Shown: positions 11,099-26,176 of the stretch, piece by piece
Numbering within the stretch: position 1 is the first letter of the stretch
Layout: every line of letters begins with the position of its first letter
DNA from: Calcarisporiella thermophila CBS 279.70
Taxonomy: Eukaryota > Fungi > Calcarisporiellomycota
Assembly: GCF_041956535.1 (NCBI RefSeq)
Contig: NW_027192203.1
Span: 555,406 to 619,405 of the forward strand
Direction: 5' to 3'
Length of the DNA: 64,000 bases
Translations under genes and position numbers: made by a program
Notes under the pieces: model-generated
Seen by the model: the letters and a program-made list of their open reading frames with translations, nothing else
What the model was told of the DNA's origin: nothing
Databases searched by the model: none

Positions 11099-12354
11099 AT
11101 GGAGCAACAAAAGGAACCTACAAAATTTACTGATTATGACACATTTTTCAAGACCCATCATCCACCTCCGCGTCTCGCTGAATGTGAAAATGTTGTGCGT
11201 GAGTTCGTGAAGAAGCATCTAAAAACTGACCGAAGAGTTGTTCTTGTTACCGTGAGTGACATTCCTTGAAAGCTTCACATCAAAGCATACGGAGAAAATA
11301 ACATGTTCGTTTTAATATAATGACATCTTTCGCTTCTTTTTACAGAGCGGTGGGACAACTGTTCCTCTAGAACGGCAGACTGTACGCTTCGTTGACAATT
11401 TCTCGAATGGAACCCGTGGAGCCACATCTGCGGAGTACTTCCTCGAGAATGGGTATGCTGTTATTTTCATGCACCGCCAGTTCAGCAATCAACCTTATAG
11501 TCGACATTATTCACATACAACTAACTGCTTCCTCGATTATCTGGAAATTCAAGGGGGCGCAAATATAGGAGGTTTGTTGTATATGAAAATTTGTCGAGTA
11601 TCCCAACTAATCCCTCTGGCTTCTTATCCGGACTCTAGTGGACCCCCAATACGTGTCATCCATGAAGAGCGTTCTCGCCAAGTACAGGGCCGCAAAGGAT
11701 GAAGGGCTGCTACTTATGATAGAATTCGTGACCGTGAGTGACTATCTCTTCTTACTACGATCGACCGCAAAATGCATGTCAAAACTTGGAGAAAGAGCAA
11801 TGTATTATCTTGCGGCTGCAGTTAGCGACTTTTTTATTCCTGAAGAGAAAATGGTAGTGCACTTCACGAGAAACTTCTCTTTACTTGATCCCAATGACTA
11901 ATCCTCTGCATGCAATCTAGGCATTACATAAGATCCAATCTGGTGATGGTGCGTTGACCCTTCATATGGAGCAAGTGCCGAAAATGCTCAAACCTCTGGT
12001 GGATGACTGGGCAAAAAACGGCTTTGTCGTCTCTTTTAAGGTAGCCCATGATTTCACGGGCATCTTCCCTCGTAGGCCTAATTTATATACCTCTCTTCAC
12101 AGCTTGAAACGGATCCAAACCTCCTTATCCCCAAGGCACGTAATTCACTCCATCGATATGGCCATCAAATAGTTGTCGGAAATTTGCTTACCACACGCAA
12201 AGCATGCGTATGGTTAGTGACTCGTGACGGCCAGTCCGAGTTTCGTCTCACAGAAGATGAAATCAACCATGGGGTAGAGATAGAATCACGAATCATCCCA
12301 GAACTCATACAAAGGCATGAGAAATGGATTAGAGCTGTACGTTCTAAATTGTAG
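11099..12354 (+). CDS. CAB2: Phosphopantothenate--cysteine ligase (PPCS), 5 exons, ending in -RSKL
   Basis: VVLVT|[47 protein letters not shown]|LETD. Confidence 0.95.
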
Positions 12355-12846
12355 AATAGAGCGCATATTGAACCTGGCTAGAAGCAAAAAATTTCATTTT
12401 CATGCGTGATGGCCAGTATCAATAACTTCTAATGTTTGAATATCTTCTCATCCCCCCTCCTCTCTTTTCCCAATTTGTCGTTTGCTTTCCTGGTTTTTAT
12501 TCTGTTCATATATATATAAATAGATAGAGGGATCTGCCAGGCTTAGTAAGATAGCATTCACATTTCAGATTTGCCTCTCCAACATAGAAAAAAGACATTT
12601 TGGATACAAGAAATTGAAAATATCAAGGGCATCCAAGCCGATACGAAGATGGGATGCAAAACTGGTTCAGTTGCAATGATAATAGATATCCTATCCATAA
12701 AATATAGAATATTATATAAATAGGATATAATGTACTAGTGGCCTGATACGTTCAAAAAGGCGTCTATTATATTTTACAAGTCTAGATTAGGGAATTTCAA
12801 CTATATTATAGGGCACTCTTATTTAATTTTAAAAAACAATCAAGCT

Positions 12847-12905
12847 TGTGACTGCTTTGACGTCACAAACGCGAGGTACAAATGAAAAAGTCAATTTGAA
12901 CGCGA
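12847..12905 (+). promoter_or_regulatory. Condensin promoter module: Homol-D-like box, CRE, MCB-like sites and CHR-like site
   Basis: TGTGACTG 12847, TGACGTCA 12858, ACGCGA 12869 and 12900, TTTGAA 12895. Confidence 0.5.
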
Positions 12906-12944
12906 TGTCATCCAAACAATTATATTAATCTCATCGTGTTCACG

Positions 12945-15900
12945 ATGTCGGCCGAGTTCGTTTTACACGATGAGCTTCTCAAACTCCAGGAAGGCTCATA
13001 TTATATCCCTAATGAAATTGACGTTACATCATTGAATGATAAGGAAATCGATAGGCACCTGAATAGTAAGTCATTCAATCTTAGATAAACCTGTACCTCA
13101 ATGATCCCATAACGCTATGTATCTACGTTCAATTTAGATGTTGTTGATCATATTGAGGAAAATTCAAATTCCATCAGTAATCTGGATGTATTTGACATAC
13201 TAAGAAGTTTCTTGAAGTGAGTGTATATAGATCAACTTTACTTTTGACATAACCATTAATTCCTTAATGGTGGTATAGAGAATTCAAGAGTTTAAAGCCA
13301 GCAACTGCCAATCGGCTGTTCGACATTATCTTGTCTGGTAAGTAAAATCTTATTTCTGATGGAAGAGCTTTAGTTGGAGTATGTTTTTAAAATTGCTTCT
13401 AATTTGGTTTACAAACAGGCTTTGTCAAAGAAATCCATGCAACCTCGAGCGATATTGAAGCAGACGATCAAGATGTCATTGAAGAACATCGCCTCGCACT
13501 AGAAATGTATGGTTTCTTATTACAATGGTTCATTGCTGGTGCGGAAGGTAAGGCAACATCAAGCGTATCTGGCGATAAGCCTGTTGGAACAAGTAGATCA
13601 AAGGTAAAGGCATTTATTTCTGATACGGTCTATATAAAACCATTAATACTATTTTTTTCCTTAGAGAGGAAAAGCAGCAAAATCTAGCGGCGGCGACGAG
13701 GAAAGACACTGGGACTGGTCCTCACAAATACAGAAATCGTTGGATGTGATGGCGCGAGCGCTGGAGATTCGATTGAATAAAATATGGACTTCGACACACG
13801 AGCGTGATAATTTTGTTGGGTCAGTAAATTCGCTTTGAATCTTGCTATGGCTGGTTTGTTAAAAGGTTTTTTTATAGTTTATTTACTAAACCCATATATC
13901 AACTTCTTGAGAACCAAGCAAATACACAAACACCCGGAATTAAGTCGCGTGCTTTTAAAGTGCTGGCCATCTGTATACAGAAATATAATCACACTTTTGG
14001 TAAGAGAATATCTAACTGAAGAGCTGGCAAATATCTAATTTCATTTGTAAATAGCTGCACAAACTACCCTGATGCAATACCTCCAATACCATGAACACGC
14101 TGGTGAGCCGATTGCTGAACTACTTTATCTGCTGGCAGATAAATTTGATAACACGCAGTTAATGAATGAAATGCTACGGTAAATTTAAAAAATATATAAA
14201 TTTTATTACTTTATGCCAAAATTTAACCCCATTCTTTTCTCTATCTAGAGAAATAAGCCAGAAGGAGTTCAAAGATATTACCACCAAGGAGCTCAAGGAC
14301 ACTGCCAACACAAAAACATTCACAAAATTCTTGATTCGACTGTCTGAACTCTGTCCGAAACAGGTTTTGAGACAGGCTGGATTGTTGATCAGGCATTTAG
14401 ATAGTGAGGTATGGGAAATATAATTATCGCTTCATGTTTTATTTTGTTGCTTATTCTGTTGGATTAGTCCTACCAAATGCGATGTGCCATTATCGAGATC
14501 GTGGGCAATCTAGTCATAGAGTTGGCTAATAGCGGCGAGCAAAACGACATCACACGCAAGCAGATAGGCAGTCTATTCGATGTACTAGAAGAACGTTTCC
14601 TAGACGCAAATGCATTTGTTCGCTCAAAGGTCCTTCAATCGTATCTCCGTATACTAGAGTATGCTCTTTAAATTTATGTGTAGGAGCTGGAGGATGATAG
14701 TAATTATTTATTCGATCTGTAGTTTGCAGACAAAGTTTCCAAAAAGGAGACAAAAGCTGTGCGATCTTGCGGTTCGACATCTCGAAGATAAGAGTAGCCA
14801 TGTGCGTAAATACGCAATTAAGGTTCTTACTCGTACGATCGCTACCCATCCTTACGGGATGCATGGAGGGGAGCTAGTACTTGAGGAATGGCAGGAACGC
14901 CTCAAAGGTGTCAAGGAACAGCTAGACGTGAGTCACTTTTACTAAAAGAGAGTCTGAGCCTCCATTTAATTCTCGATGATTTTGGTAGGCGATTGCATCA
15001 CCTAATGAGATAAAAGAAACAGAAGCAATGAACGAGCAGCCTTCGGTGCAAAATGGCCACGCGACGAATGATGAAACCGCTAAAGAAAATGAGCCCAATT
15101 CAAGAGAGACAGAAAAGGATGAGGATGTCGAGATGGAGGACGCAGACGAGGACTCTTCTGAGAAGGGCGAGAAAGAGAAGCAGCATCAAAAGACTGAAAA
15201 GGAGGCAGCCGAAGAAAATAATCAAATTGTAATCCCCGCTGGTTCCGCCGAGGATTACATGAAACTACAACTGATGCGACGCTTTTACGTCGACGCAATT
15301 CGCTTCATCGAGCAAATTCACTCAGCCATTCCGGTGCTTTGCCAACTGCTTGCGTCGACAAATAAAGCCGAGGTTATGGAGGCGATGGACTTCTTTGTTG
15401 TGGCCCTTAGCTATAAAATCGAGTTGGCAGAGGTCTTTTGAAAACTTTTAATATTTTTTCATTCTATTATGGCAAATTGAATTGGTATTTTGTTGACGCG
15501 ATATAGGATGGTATCAAAAAGATGCTTCACTTGATTTGGGTGAAGGAAAACAATGACGAAGCCAAGGGAGTTCGCACTCGGCTGCTAGATAGTTATCGTA
15601 CGCTGTATCTTGAGCCACTAGCAAATCAGTCGCATAAAGAGAATGTGAATATGATTGCGAGAAATTTGATAAAGTATGCCTACAGCACCTTAGTGCGTTC
15701 ACTTGTTGCGTGGTTGTTAAGCTTTTTTACCCTTAATTCCTAGATTGACCTTCAACACTACCCTCGCAGAGCTTACCTCGCTAGAGCAAGTCCTTAGTAC
15801 ACTGATGGCCGATGGCCGCATCTCAGATGTAGTTGTGGAGAAACTCTGGGCAGTATATGGTAAATTGATTGCCGCTTTCTAGGGTATTTTCAAGCATATA

Positions 15901-18010
15901 CTAAAAGTATGTTAAGGTGTGACTAAGCTTCAGATTCCAAAAGCCCAGCGTCGTGGCGCTATTATAATTCTTGCCATGCTGGCAAAGGCTAAACGTGAGG
16001 TCGTTTCAGAAAAGGTCGACCTTCTGCTCCGCATCGGCCTGAGTTCTTATGGAAAGAATGATCTTTCGTTGGCCAGATATTCGTGTATTGCTTTGCAGAG
16101 TATTGCAGGGAATCAGAAAAAGGAGAAGGGTAATAAAACCTCTCTATTGTTAGTGTTTTCACCATGAATATCTCATACCTGGCATTCCCTTTCCATCCAT
16201 AAGGATCCCTAACAAATCAAGGCTTCCGACTCCCACCATCGAATCCTATTTTTGACAAGCTGCTCGAGATTATAGAAGAACCAACAACCTCTACCGAATG
16301 GTAGGCTCACATTTACCCAATCTCTCACTGGACACGCAAGATACTAACTTTGGTTGTGGTTTAAGGTTTGGACTCGCTGAGCAGGCAATCAATACTATCT
16401 ATCTCCTTGCCGAGCACCCGGATAGGCTATGCGGTCAACTAGTGAAGCGTAAGACAGTTCAACTCTTTGATTTACAACGACAAAAAAGTGAGGCACGGTC
16501 CACCACTGAAGGCCAGGAGGAAAACTCGGACCCTATGGACGAAGATCCCGCTCCCACTTCTGCAACTTCGCAAATCCCTGTCCCTCAAGTCGATGCATTC
16601 AAGCTGAGTCAGCTCTGCTTTATTGTGGGCCATGTAGCAATTCGGCAGATTGTCCACCTCGAGCTCATAGAAGTTGAGCTCAAGCGGCGAAAGGCCAAAA
16701 GCGAAGGTAAGAGACCACAGGAATTGACCTCGTGCTTGTTCGAGCAATTAATCATATTATTCCCCACAGCTGAGAAGGAGAAGAAAGCCGAGCGCTTAAA
16801 AGACGACGAATTGGATCAAGTCGCAGGGACAGCTGAGGACGATTACGGCGAAGCAATTTCTGCTATCCGAGAAAAGGAACTCCTTTCTGGCTCCTCGTCA
16901 TTGCTTGCAGTTTATGGCCCGATGCTGGCCCACATTTGCAGCAACACTAAACTCTATTCGGATCGCATGCTCCAGACAACGGCAACCCTGGCCCTTTCCA
17001 AGTTCATGTGTGTGAGCGAGGAGTTCTGCGAGACGCACCTCCCCCTACTTCTCACTATTCTGGATCGCTCGCAGGACGCCACGATTCGAAGCGATATCGT
17101 GATCGCATTAGGGGATATGGCGGTTTGTTTCAATAATCTAATTGACGAGAACATCAGTCATCTCTACCGGCGGCTTTCGGACCCTGATGGTGTGGTAAAG
17201 AAAAATGCCCTAATGGTGTTGACCCATCTCATCCTGAACGGAATGGTGAAGGTGAAGGGCCAAATCGGAGAGATGGCGCGTTGTCTCGAGGACGAGGACA
17301 CGCGCATCAGTGACCTGGCAAAACTCTTCTTTACCGAACTGGCCACGAAAGATAATGCAATCTACAACAACTTGCCGGATATAATTAGCAACCTATCAGC
17401 GGCCAAAGCTGAGGTGGAAGAGGAAACCTTCCGACGCATTATGCGATTCTTGTTTGGGTTCATCGACAAAGAGCGGCAGGCCGAGAACGTGGTTGAGAAG
17501 CTTTGCCAGCGTTTCCGCAACCTTGAACGCGAGCGAGAGTGGCGTGATATTGCCTTTTGTCTGTCTCTCCTTCCATACAAATCCGAGAAGAGCTTCAAGC
17601 GGCTCCTAGAAGGAATCTCACTCTTCCAGGACAAATTGCACGAGGAGACAGTGGCAAAGTATTTCGCAGAGATCGTGAATAAAGGTCGGGCGCAGAAGAT
17701 GCAGAAGCCAGAGATGAGGGCAATCATCGATGAGTTTGAGTCTCGTTTAGAAGAGATCAAGCGGCGAGGGATGGAGCGAGAGGAGGAGACGAAGGAGGAG
17801 TCAGAGGCGCAAGACGTGGAAAAGGGAGAGGGCGAGAAAGGCGAAGCTGTGGACGCAGAGACTGAGAACTTAAAGCCTGCCAAGGACAGTGGCACGAAGA
17901 CCACGAGAAAGAAAACAACCGGAAGGAGCACTGGTCGGCGAACAACTCAATCCTCTACAGCAGCCGCTACCACCACGAGAGCAACTCGAAGCTCTCGACG
18001 AAAGGGCTGA
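12945..18010 (+). CDS. YCS4: Condensin complex subunit 1 (Ycs4/Cnd1/CAP-D2), about 17 exons
   Basis: RFLDANAFVRSKVLQ, LEDKSSHVRKYAIK, LSKFMCVSEEFCE, IRSDIVIALGDMAV, LTHLILNGMVKVKGQ, KDNAIYNNLPDIISNL. Confidence 0.96.
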
Positions 18011-18496
18011 TGAAGGATGTGCATTTTCTTTTTAAAGAATTCCTTGCAAATAGCTTATAATACTAGTATTTTTTTTAGCATCTGCTGTTCTGTATTTAGA
18101 AATCTATAATTCTTTTTGAGATGTGGCTTTTTCGCTTCATGTGTTTTTTTAACAGTATTTTGATACTCTTATGTGAATATTAGAAATGCACTAAATCAAG
18201 AATGGATGCCACACCTCTATTGGTGAAACAAAGCTGGTTCCGTTTCCCATCTAAACTCCGTTAATGCGTATGAGCCTGTATTAATGCCAACCTCTCGTCG
18301 ACAGCAGGGGATGGGGCGATTATAAGTGCGGCTTTTGTTCAGGTTTCAGATCCTCCGCCGGGTATATAAGGGGCGGGTTCGCTTAATTTTTTATCTGCGA
18401 TTTCTATCAAATTATTCCAAATTTTTTTTTCGCAGCTCCTATTTTTCCTTTTCTCATCATTTTCCAAACTAGTCCAGCTAGAATTTAAGAGGATAA

Positions 18497-18814
<318 letters not shown>

Positions 18815-19211
18815 TTGCGCAATTAGAAGGGTTCTTCGCCATCGAAATGTCGATAGGCTGTAGTCTATTATTTTTTTTTAGTATATTCATTAGGGCAGAG
18901 TCATGATGTTGATCTGTTTCGTTTCTGTACTGTAATAAATAGCTCTTTTTTTATATGCAATACCGGGTTAGGTTGGGATGCTTAAATTAAATATATTTTA
19001 TCAAACGAAGAATTGAATATAGGTAACTAGCAGGCAAGAAAAGGAAAAAGATACATAGAAACATACAAAATGAAACATGAATACCAAAATGGGAAAAATT
19101 CAAATCTTCCGAAAAATCTTTACAATAAACTGGGCAAAAAAAAGTTTTGTTATTCAACAACATATCTGAGAATCTGTGGGAAAAAAAAAATCAAAAGAAA
19201 AAAACAGTTAA

Positions 19212-20697
19212 TTACTCTCCAACAAATACCCGTTCCCTTGACATCGACAATGCGTCTTTTCCCGAGGTGTGCTCTACTGGCATATCATCGTCCGGCAACG
19301 CCCCCTCCTCGTCCTCCATCTCCCCCTCCTCTCCTTCCTCTTTTATCCCATCGTTTTGATATAAAGACACTGGTGAGGGGTTGGATGGAGTGGAGGGCTT
19401 ACCCGTGCTAGTAGAGTCAGGAGTCCCGGCTGTGCGTGCATCCTCCTGGTTTCGATGACTATGTCGGCTCTTGATGATAGGAGCATAATGCTGATAGTGC
19501 TCCAGCATTTCCAGCGCCGCATCTTGATGAAAACAAGGGTTAGCGTGCCAGCTTGCTCTTCTAGTGACAGCATAGTTTACCTTGCGCAGCCACCACGTCC
19601 ACTTGCGCGATTTCGGCCCAGGAGGAGCGCTTCCCTGCAGCTTTGGTAGCATCACTCCCCACGTCTAGCAATCCTCCGCTTCCGTTTACTGCATGGTCCC
19701 CATTTTCTAGACCCGGAAGTTCCTCTTTGATAGCTGTAGAGCCTATAAGCAATGCAGCGGCAGCTATTGTCTCCGGACGATGGATCAAACAAAGTGGTGT
19801 TCTTAAGCTACAATAAGGCGGTGTTAAATCGCTAGCAATACCACATGGAAGAAAACAAACTCGCCTGTCATTAATGTAACCCCATGCATGTTGACATAGT
19901 TTTTTCGAGACTAATGGTCGAGGAAAATGAGAACAGAGAAAGAAGACTGCAACCAAATTTGTCTATGCCCTACCCCCCAACTTCTTTGCTATTGCTATTA
20001 GTGAGGTATATGGGTGTTCAATTGTCAAATCAAAACATAACGCTTCTAGAAGTATTTCTTCATTAAATAAGATTGTATCTCGCCACCGAATATACTCCTT
20101 CAAACAGAAAGGGGATCAGAATATGGCTGGCCGGCTCTCTGGAAATCGTGCAACCAAGTACCTTTGAATCTTCGGTCAACTCCAAGCGCTCACTTTTCTT
20201 CAACGCTTTCTGCGCGCAAACGGTGATGATGTCGCGAATTTTTCTATTTGTTTCCTCGACTTTGGATGCTAGGAACACGCAGGTCCCGCCAATGTCCTTA
20301 AAAAATAACAAGGAGAGCCATCGTTGGTATGCTGGAGATTAATTTGGATGCATGGAATAGGAGATTTTACATAATAATGAAAATCCTTTAACGAGTATCG
20401 CATATAAAATCTATGTAAAAACACCATCGCCGTGGCTATTGTGATCTGCGGCCTACCATAGAATCGATTTAGATTAGCATCCACTAACTATGTATACGGG
20501 ATCGTATGCAGTATAAAGTTGAATTACATCTTCAACGCCAATCCGACATTATTTATAAAGTTACATCCTTTCGCCCGATCGCGCTTCTCGCGGTCAAGTG
20601 AGTATCCATCCCTGGACGAGGGTGTGCGGGAGAGAGCTTCATGTGGAAAGAGCCACTTGTCACGTTGTGGATCCCTCGTAGTATGAGAACCAACCAT
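19212..20697 (-). CDS. Transcriptional cyclin (cyclin K/T, Pch1-like), multi-exon
   Basis: WLFPHEALSRTPS, RAKGCNFI, TIATAMVFLHRFYMR, CVFLASKVEE, LLEALCFDLTIEHPY, AWGYINDS|LRTPLCL. Confidence 0.9.
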
Positions 20698-21053
20698 TCA
20701 TTCAATGACTAATGTGTTGAAATGTCCCTAGGATGATGCTATATCAAAAAGTTAATCTGAGAAAGAATATAGAATACAAGAATGACAGGATAATAAGCTA
20801 AAATAGCTTAAGCACAAAAAAATCGGAAACTTTCCGTGGCTTATGGCATTTCATCTTAGTCATAAGTAGCAAAATACAGTTTCGTTTTTTTATTTTCGTC
20901 CTGAGTAAGAAAATAAAATAGAAAATAGATGTAAAAAAAAAGAATAAGAAACAAAAAAGGGGGTAGGGAAATAAACCATCGAAAAAAAGAGTATTGAGGA
21001 TAAGGATTCGTTTCAACGAAATATGTCTATTTCTACTTTAAATTTATTAAAAT

Positions 21054-22441
21054 TCAAAGAGAGTCCACATAAGGAAGTGACTGGTTATCTCCATACGCAA
21101 CGGCAGTTGGCTTGCCCTTGAGGATCTTCTCCGCGAATTTGTGCACATCTGCTGCCTGGACCTTGTCGAATTGTGCGATGGCGTCTTTCGTCGACAGTGT
21201 CTGCGCACCAGCCAGAAGCTTGCTGCCGATCTGCTCCAACACATTAACGCTACCTGGCAATTGAGCGGCCGCAAACTTGGCCTGGGCAATGCCGCGCTTG
21301 ATATCCTCCTCGCTCAACTTGGCGCGGATTTGCTGTGCCACCGACTCAACGGCTGCGCGGGATTGAGAGTTGGGCGCACGTACGTACACTCCAAAGAGAC
21401 CAGCATCCGAGTAGGAAGAATGGAATGCGGACACCTCAACATCTGGGCTGATCTTGGAGGCAACTTGTGCCAGAGGTGAACCAGAGGTGTTTCCTTTGAT
21501 GTAGGAGTCTCCGCCAAGAGCATACTGCAACACCTGGGCAGCAGCATATTCTGGGGAGGTCAAGGAAGCGCCCTCGAACGCCAATACATAGTGTGCCTTC
21601 TCGGACAGCTGCGAAATACGTACTTCTCCGCCATAGTATTTACTTGCCGATCCGGACAATCCAGTTTCGGCTTTATTGGAAAACAAGGTCTCCGCCAGAT
21701 CGGTCAAAGTCTTATGGTCGATTCCGGCACCAATAAGTGCCAGTTTGCCGCCGAATGCCTGCTGGGCGTAGGAGCGGAGAGTAGCAGGAGAAACATTGCC
21801 GGTGGCATAGAGGGAGTTACCGAGTCCGGTGCGGAATGCTGCCTGGTGTGCAGCATTGAGTACAGTGAGGGTAGGATCTTGAGCTGCCGCCTCAGTCTCT
21901 TCTTTAACTTGCAGAGCAATGTCATTCACCTCCCAATCATTGAACTTGGTAGAAGTGGCAATGTCGGCAAGAATTTCGGCAAAGTAAGGTCTTGAAAGAA
22001 CATTAAAAAATAGTTTGTAAAAATGGAAATGCTAAAACTTACAAGTCATCTTTAAGGAACTGGGCAGTATAAACAATGTTTTCGCGGCCCAGGCTGGAGG
22101 TAAGCTGACCACCGAGCAATTCGGTCTCACGGGTGATGCGGAAAGCGGTACGTTTAGCGTTATTCTACAGAATCACCATCATGGAATTAGATTGCATGCA
22201 TAAAGGGTACAAGTCAGTCAATTTTTACCCTGAAACCGAAATTTTTCAAGAAATGAGCTACGCCAGCGTTTCCTGCGCTCTCATACCGTGACCCTGCAGG
22301 CACCACCAAGGACAAGGAAGATACTCCCGATAGATTGTCATCGGAAGTAGCAACACGAACCCCATTGCTTACAGACGAAACTTGTGTTGCGAAGGCGCGG
22401 GTAAGAGTAGGCGCTTTACGAAACACAGTAGTGGCTAGCAT
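21054..22441 (-). CDS. QCR2: Cytochrome bc1 complex core subunit 2, 3 exons
   Basis: Mitochondrial presequence; AGSRYE..GVAHFLKNF (no HxxEH); RITRETELLGG; YYGGEVR; YSDAGLFGVY; LPYVDSL C-terminus. Confidence 0.93.
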
Positions 22442-23436
22442 AATGAATTCAGGTAAGGATCGCTTCCTCCTCTGTTATTATCTATTAAGGCCACTTGAAG
22501 AGCAAGATCAAGTTTGAAGAGATGGTTGTGAACAAAGTTGCTCGTTCTGTTTATCGTTTCAGGGGATCGAATTTGCTACAGGGGTCTGAAATTTCACTGA
22601 TTTGACTCTAGTTAATTTTGTTTACAAGGAATCTAATATGAGCTTAACTGATCCACTTTATCAATTACAAGCTGAAATTTCAACTATTTGAGAAAATGAT
22701 ATTAGCATAAGGAAATGCACTTAAACTTCATATACCTAAATACATCACTCAATTATACCATTCCGCAATTACGAGAGCTTTCTCGATTATATAAAAAATT
22801 AGTGAGTATACTGAGCACAAGATAGGCCGCCTGCGGGCAAAGGATTTCTCATATTAGATTGTCCGCAAAGGAAGTGGAATATTAAATGTCATACAATAAA
22901 TGGATAAGGATAGCTTCAGTTCATATATATATGTCCATTCGCTTTTCTTGCTCGTAGTCCCTCCTACTTACAATGACCATTTGCTGCTCTATATGTTGTG
23001 GTTACTTCATGCGTCCAACAGTAAGCTTAGTGATTACAGATGGGCCATTATCCAATAGGAGAGAGGAGTGTGAAAGGCACGGCAAAGATACATAGGAAAA
23101 CCCATCTCGTAAAACTAGCCCGCGTGCTTTACTCTCTTCTTCCTCTATGCTGTGTGTATACTGGCAGATACATGAGGTGTAGAGAATTGGACTAACGTAG
23201 GATGGACGGATTATTATGCCGAATGCTCAATGGCTTTAATCTTGTGTCGAGGTAAAAGTTTTGAATATGAAAACTATAATGCTTTTGTACTATGAGAACA
23301 AGACATAGAATGTAATTGATAAATAGACATAGAGATTATAGATTTCGAGACAGTAGCTGACACAACGACATTTCCATATATATTGCAAAGATGAGTTTAT
23401 GTAGTATTTACAACGAAAAATATAAATAGACCCTCA

Positions 23437-24330
23437 TCATTTGCTAGGTAAACTAGCCTTTTTGTCCCCGTTCTCGGTCGAAAATTGCTTACTATCCTCT
23501 GCACTCTTCGACTTGGTATAATCTATTGATTTCTCCATTTGCTCGTCTTTGTTCCCCTTTGATTCCTCTTTTTTCTCATCCTTCTTATCCCTTTCTCCGC
23601 TTCCTTCCCCCCCTTTCTTTTTCACTACTACCCCTAGAAGACCCTTTTTCTTCTTCCCAGCCGGTTTGCTTCCACCGCCACTGTTATTGACACTATTCTT
23701 AGGCGTAATTTTTGCCGATGCCACCTCTGTTGTTAATGAACTCGACGAAGACGATTGCACCTTACTGACCTCTTGTTGAATGGCTCTAAAACCGATATAC
23801 CGATTGAATTTGAATGATATATAGACAAAGCAATGTTTAAGACGACCTACTCTCTGAACTTTGCTAATTCCTCCTCTTCTGCTCTCTTCTTTGCTGCTTC
23901 AAGTTCTCGATTTTGTTGAGAAAGGGTCTGAAAATACTCAAACTCGTCATCGTCCACGCGATGGATTAGGTTGGCTATTGAAAGCGAAAAAAATGCATGA
24001 GGATTTTATGGGTGCTTGAAAGTGGACTCTTTGAAATTACCAAATCGTGTTGCTTCAGCAAAAGCTTCTTCTTTCATCCTTTTCTGCTCTTGAAGACGTT
24101 CGTAGAGTGTTCTTGGATCATACTCCTCCTCTGGAGGCGGGGGCGCATCTTTATAATGAAAGAAACACTCCAATTAATCTCAGGAAAGACAGAATAAGAA
24201 AGAGGGAAATGAAACCATTTGCATCTCCTGCTGCATAAGCTTTTTCCCATTCTTCACGCCGTTTCTTACGTGACTCCTCCAGCTCTGTCTCAGTGACAAA
24301 CGAGCGCTTCGAGGATGCACCTAGCTCCAT
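23437..24330 (-). CDS. FYV6: FAM192A/NIP30/Fyv6 family protein, 4 exons
   Basis: SFVTETELEESRKKRREEW, EEYDPRTLYERLQEQK, NLIHRVDDDEFEYF; low-complexity K-rich tail. Confidence 0.85.
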
Positions 24331-24778
24331 TTAATATGCTTTTCTATTCCGCTTTTGTCACTGGTCGTATACTGAAGTTGAAATATATACATTTTCTTCA
24401 TGGATTATAAGCCACAAATTCGAAACCCAAGAGTTTCTGCTCTTTTGATCCATGGAGCCATGTATGAAGGGTTGATGGGTCTTCTAATATAAGCTATTTA
24501 GCAAATTTTTGTATGTTTATATTCCGTTCGATATATGTTCTCGAGTTTTTTCCTTCTAGGAGGCTAATTAAATCATAAAGTAGAGTGATGATTAAAGGAG
24601 GGAGAGGGAGAGTAGTATCTACATACAGATTATATGTTCAGAAAGGAAATCCAATACAAAGGATAGTCGATAAGTTATTACACCTTAAGGAAAATGAAAA
24701 TTTACACGCGTCTCAAAATGGACGGCAACAATAAGGATATTAACTGCATTCTTAAGAAAAACCGTAGATTATAGGATT

Positions 24779-26176
<1,398 letters not shown>

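Noticed and set aside
13218-13278. U12-like branch sequence TTCCTTAAT in a YCS4 intron
   Set aside because: The donor is GTGAGT (U2-type); no RTATCCTT donors were found at any parsed intron
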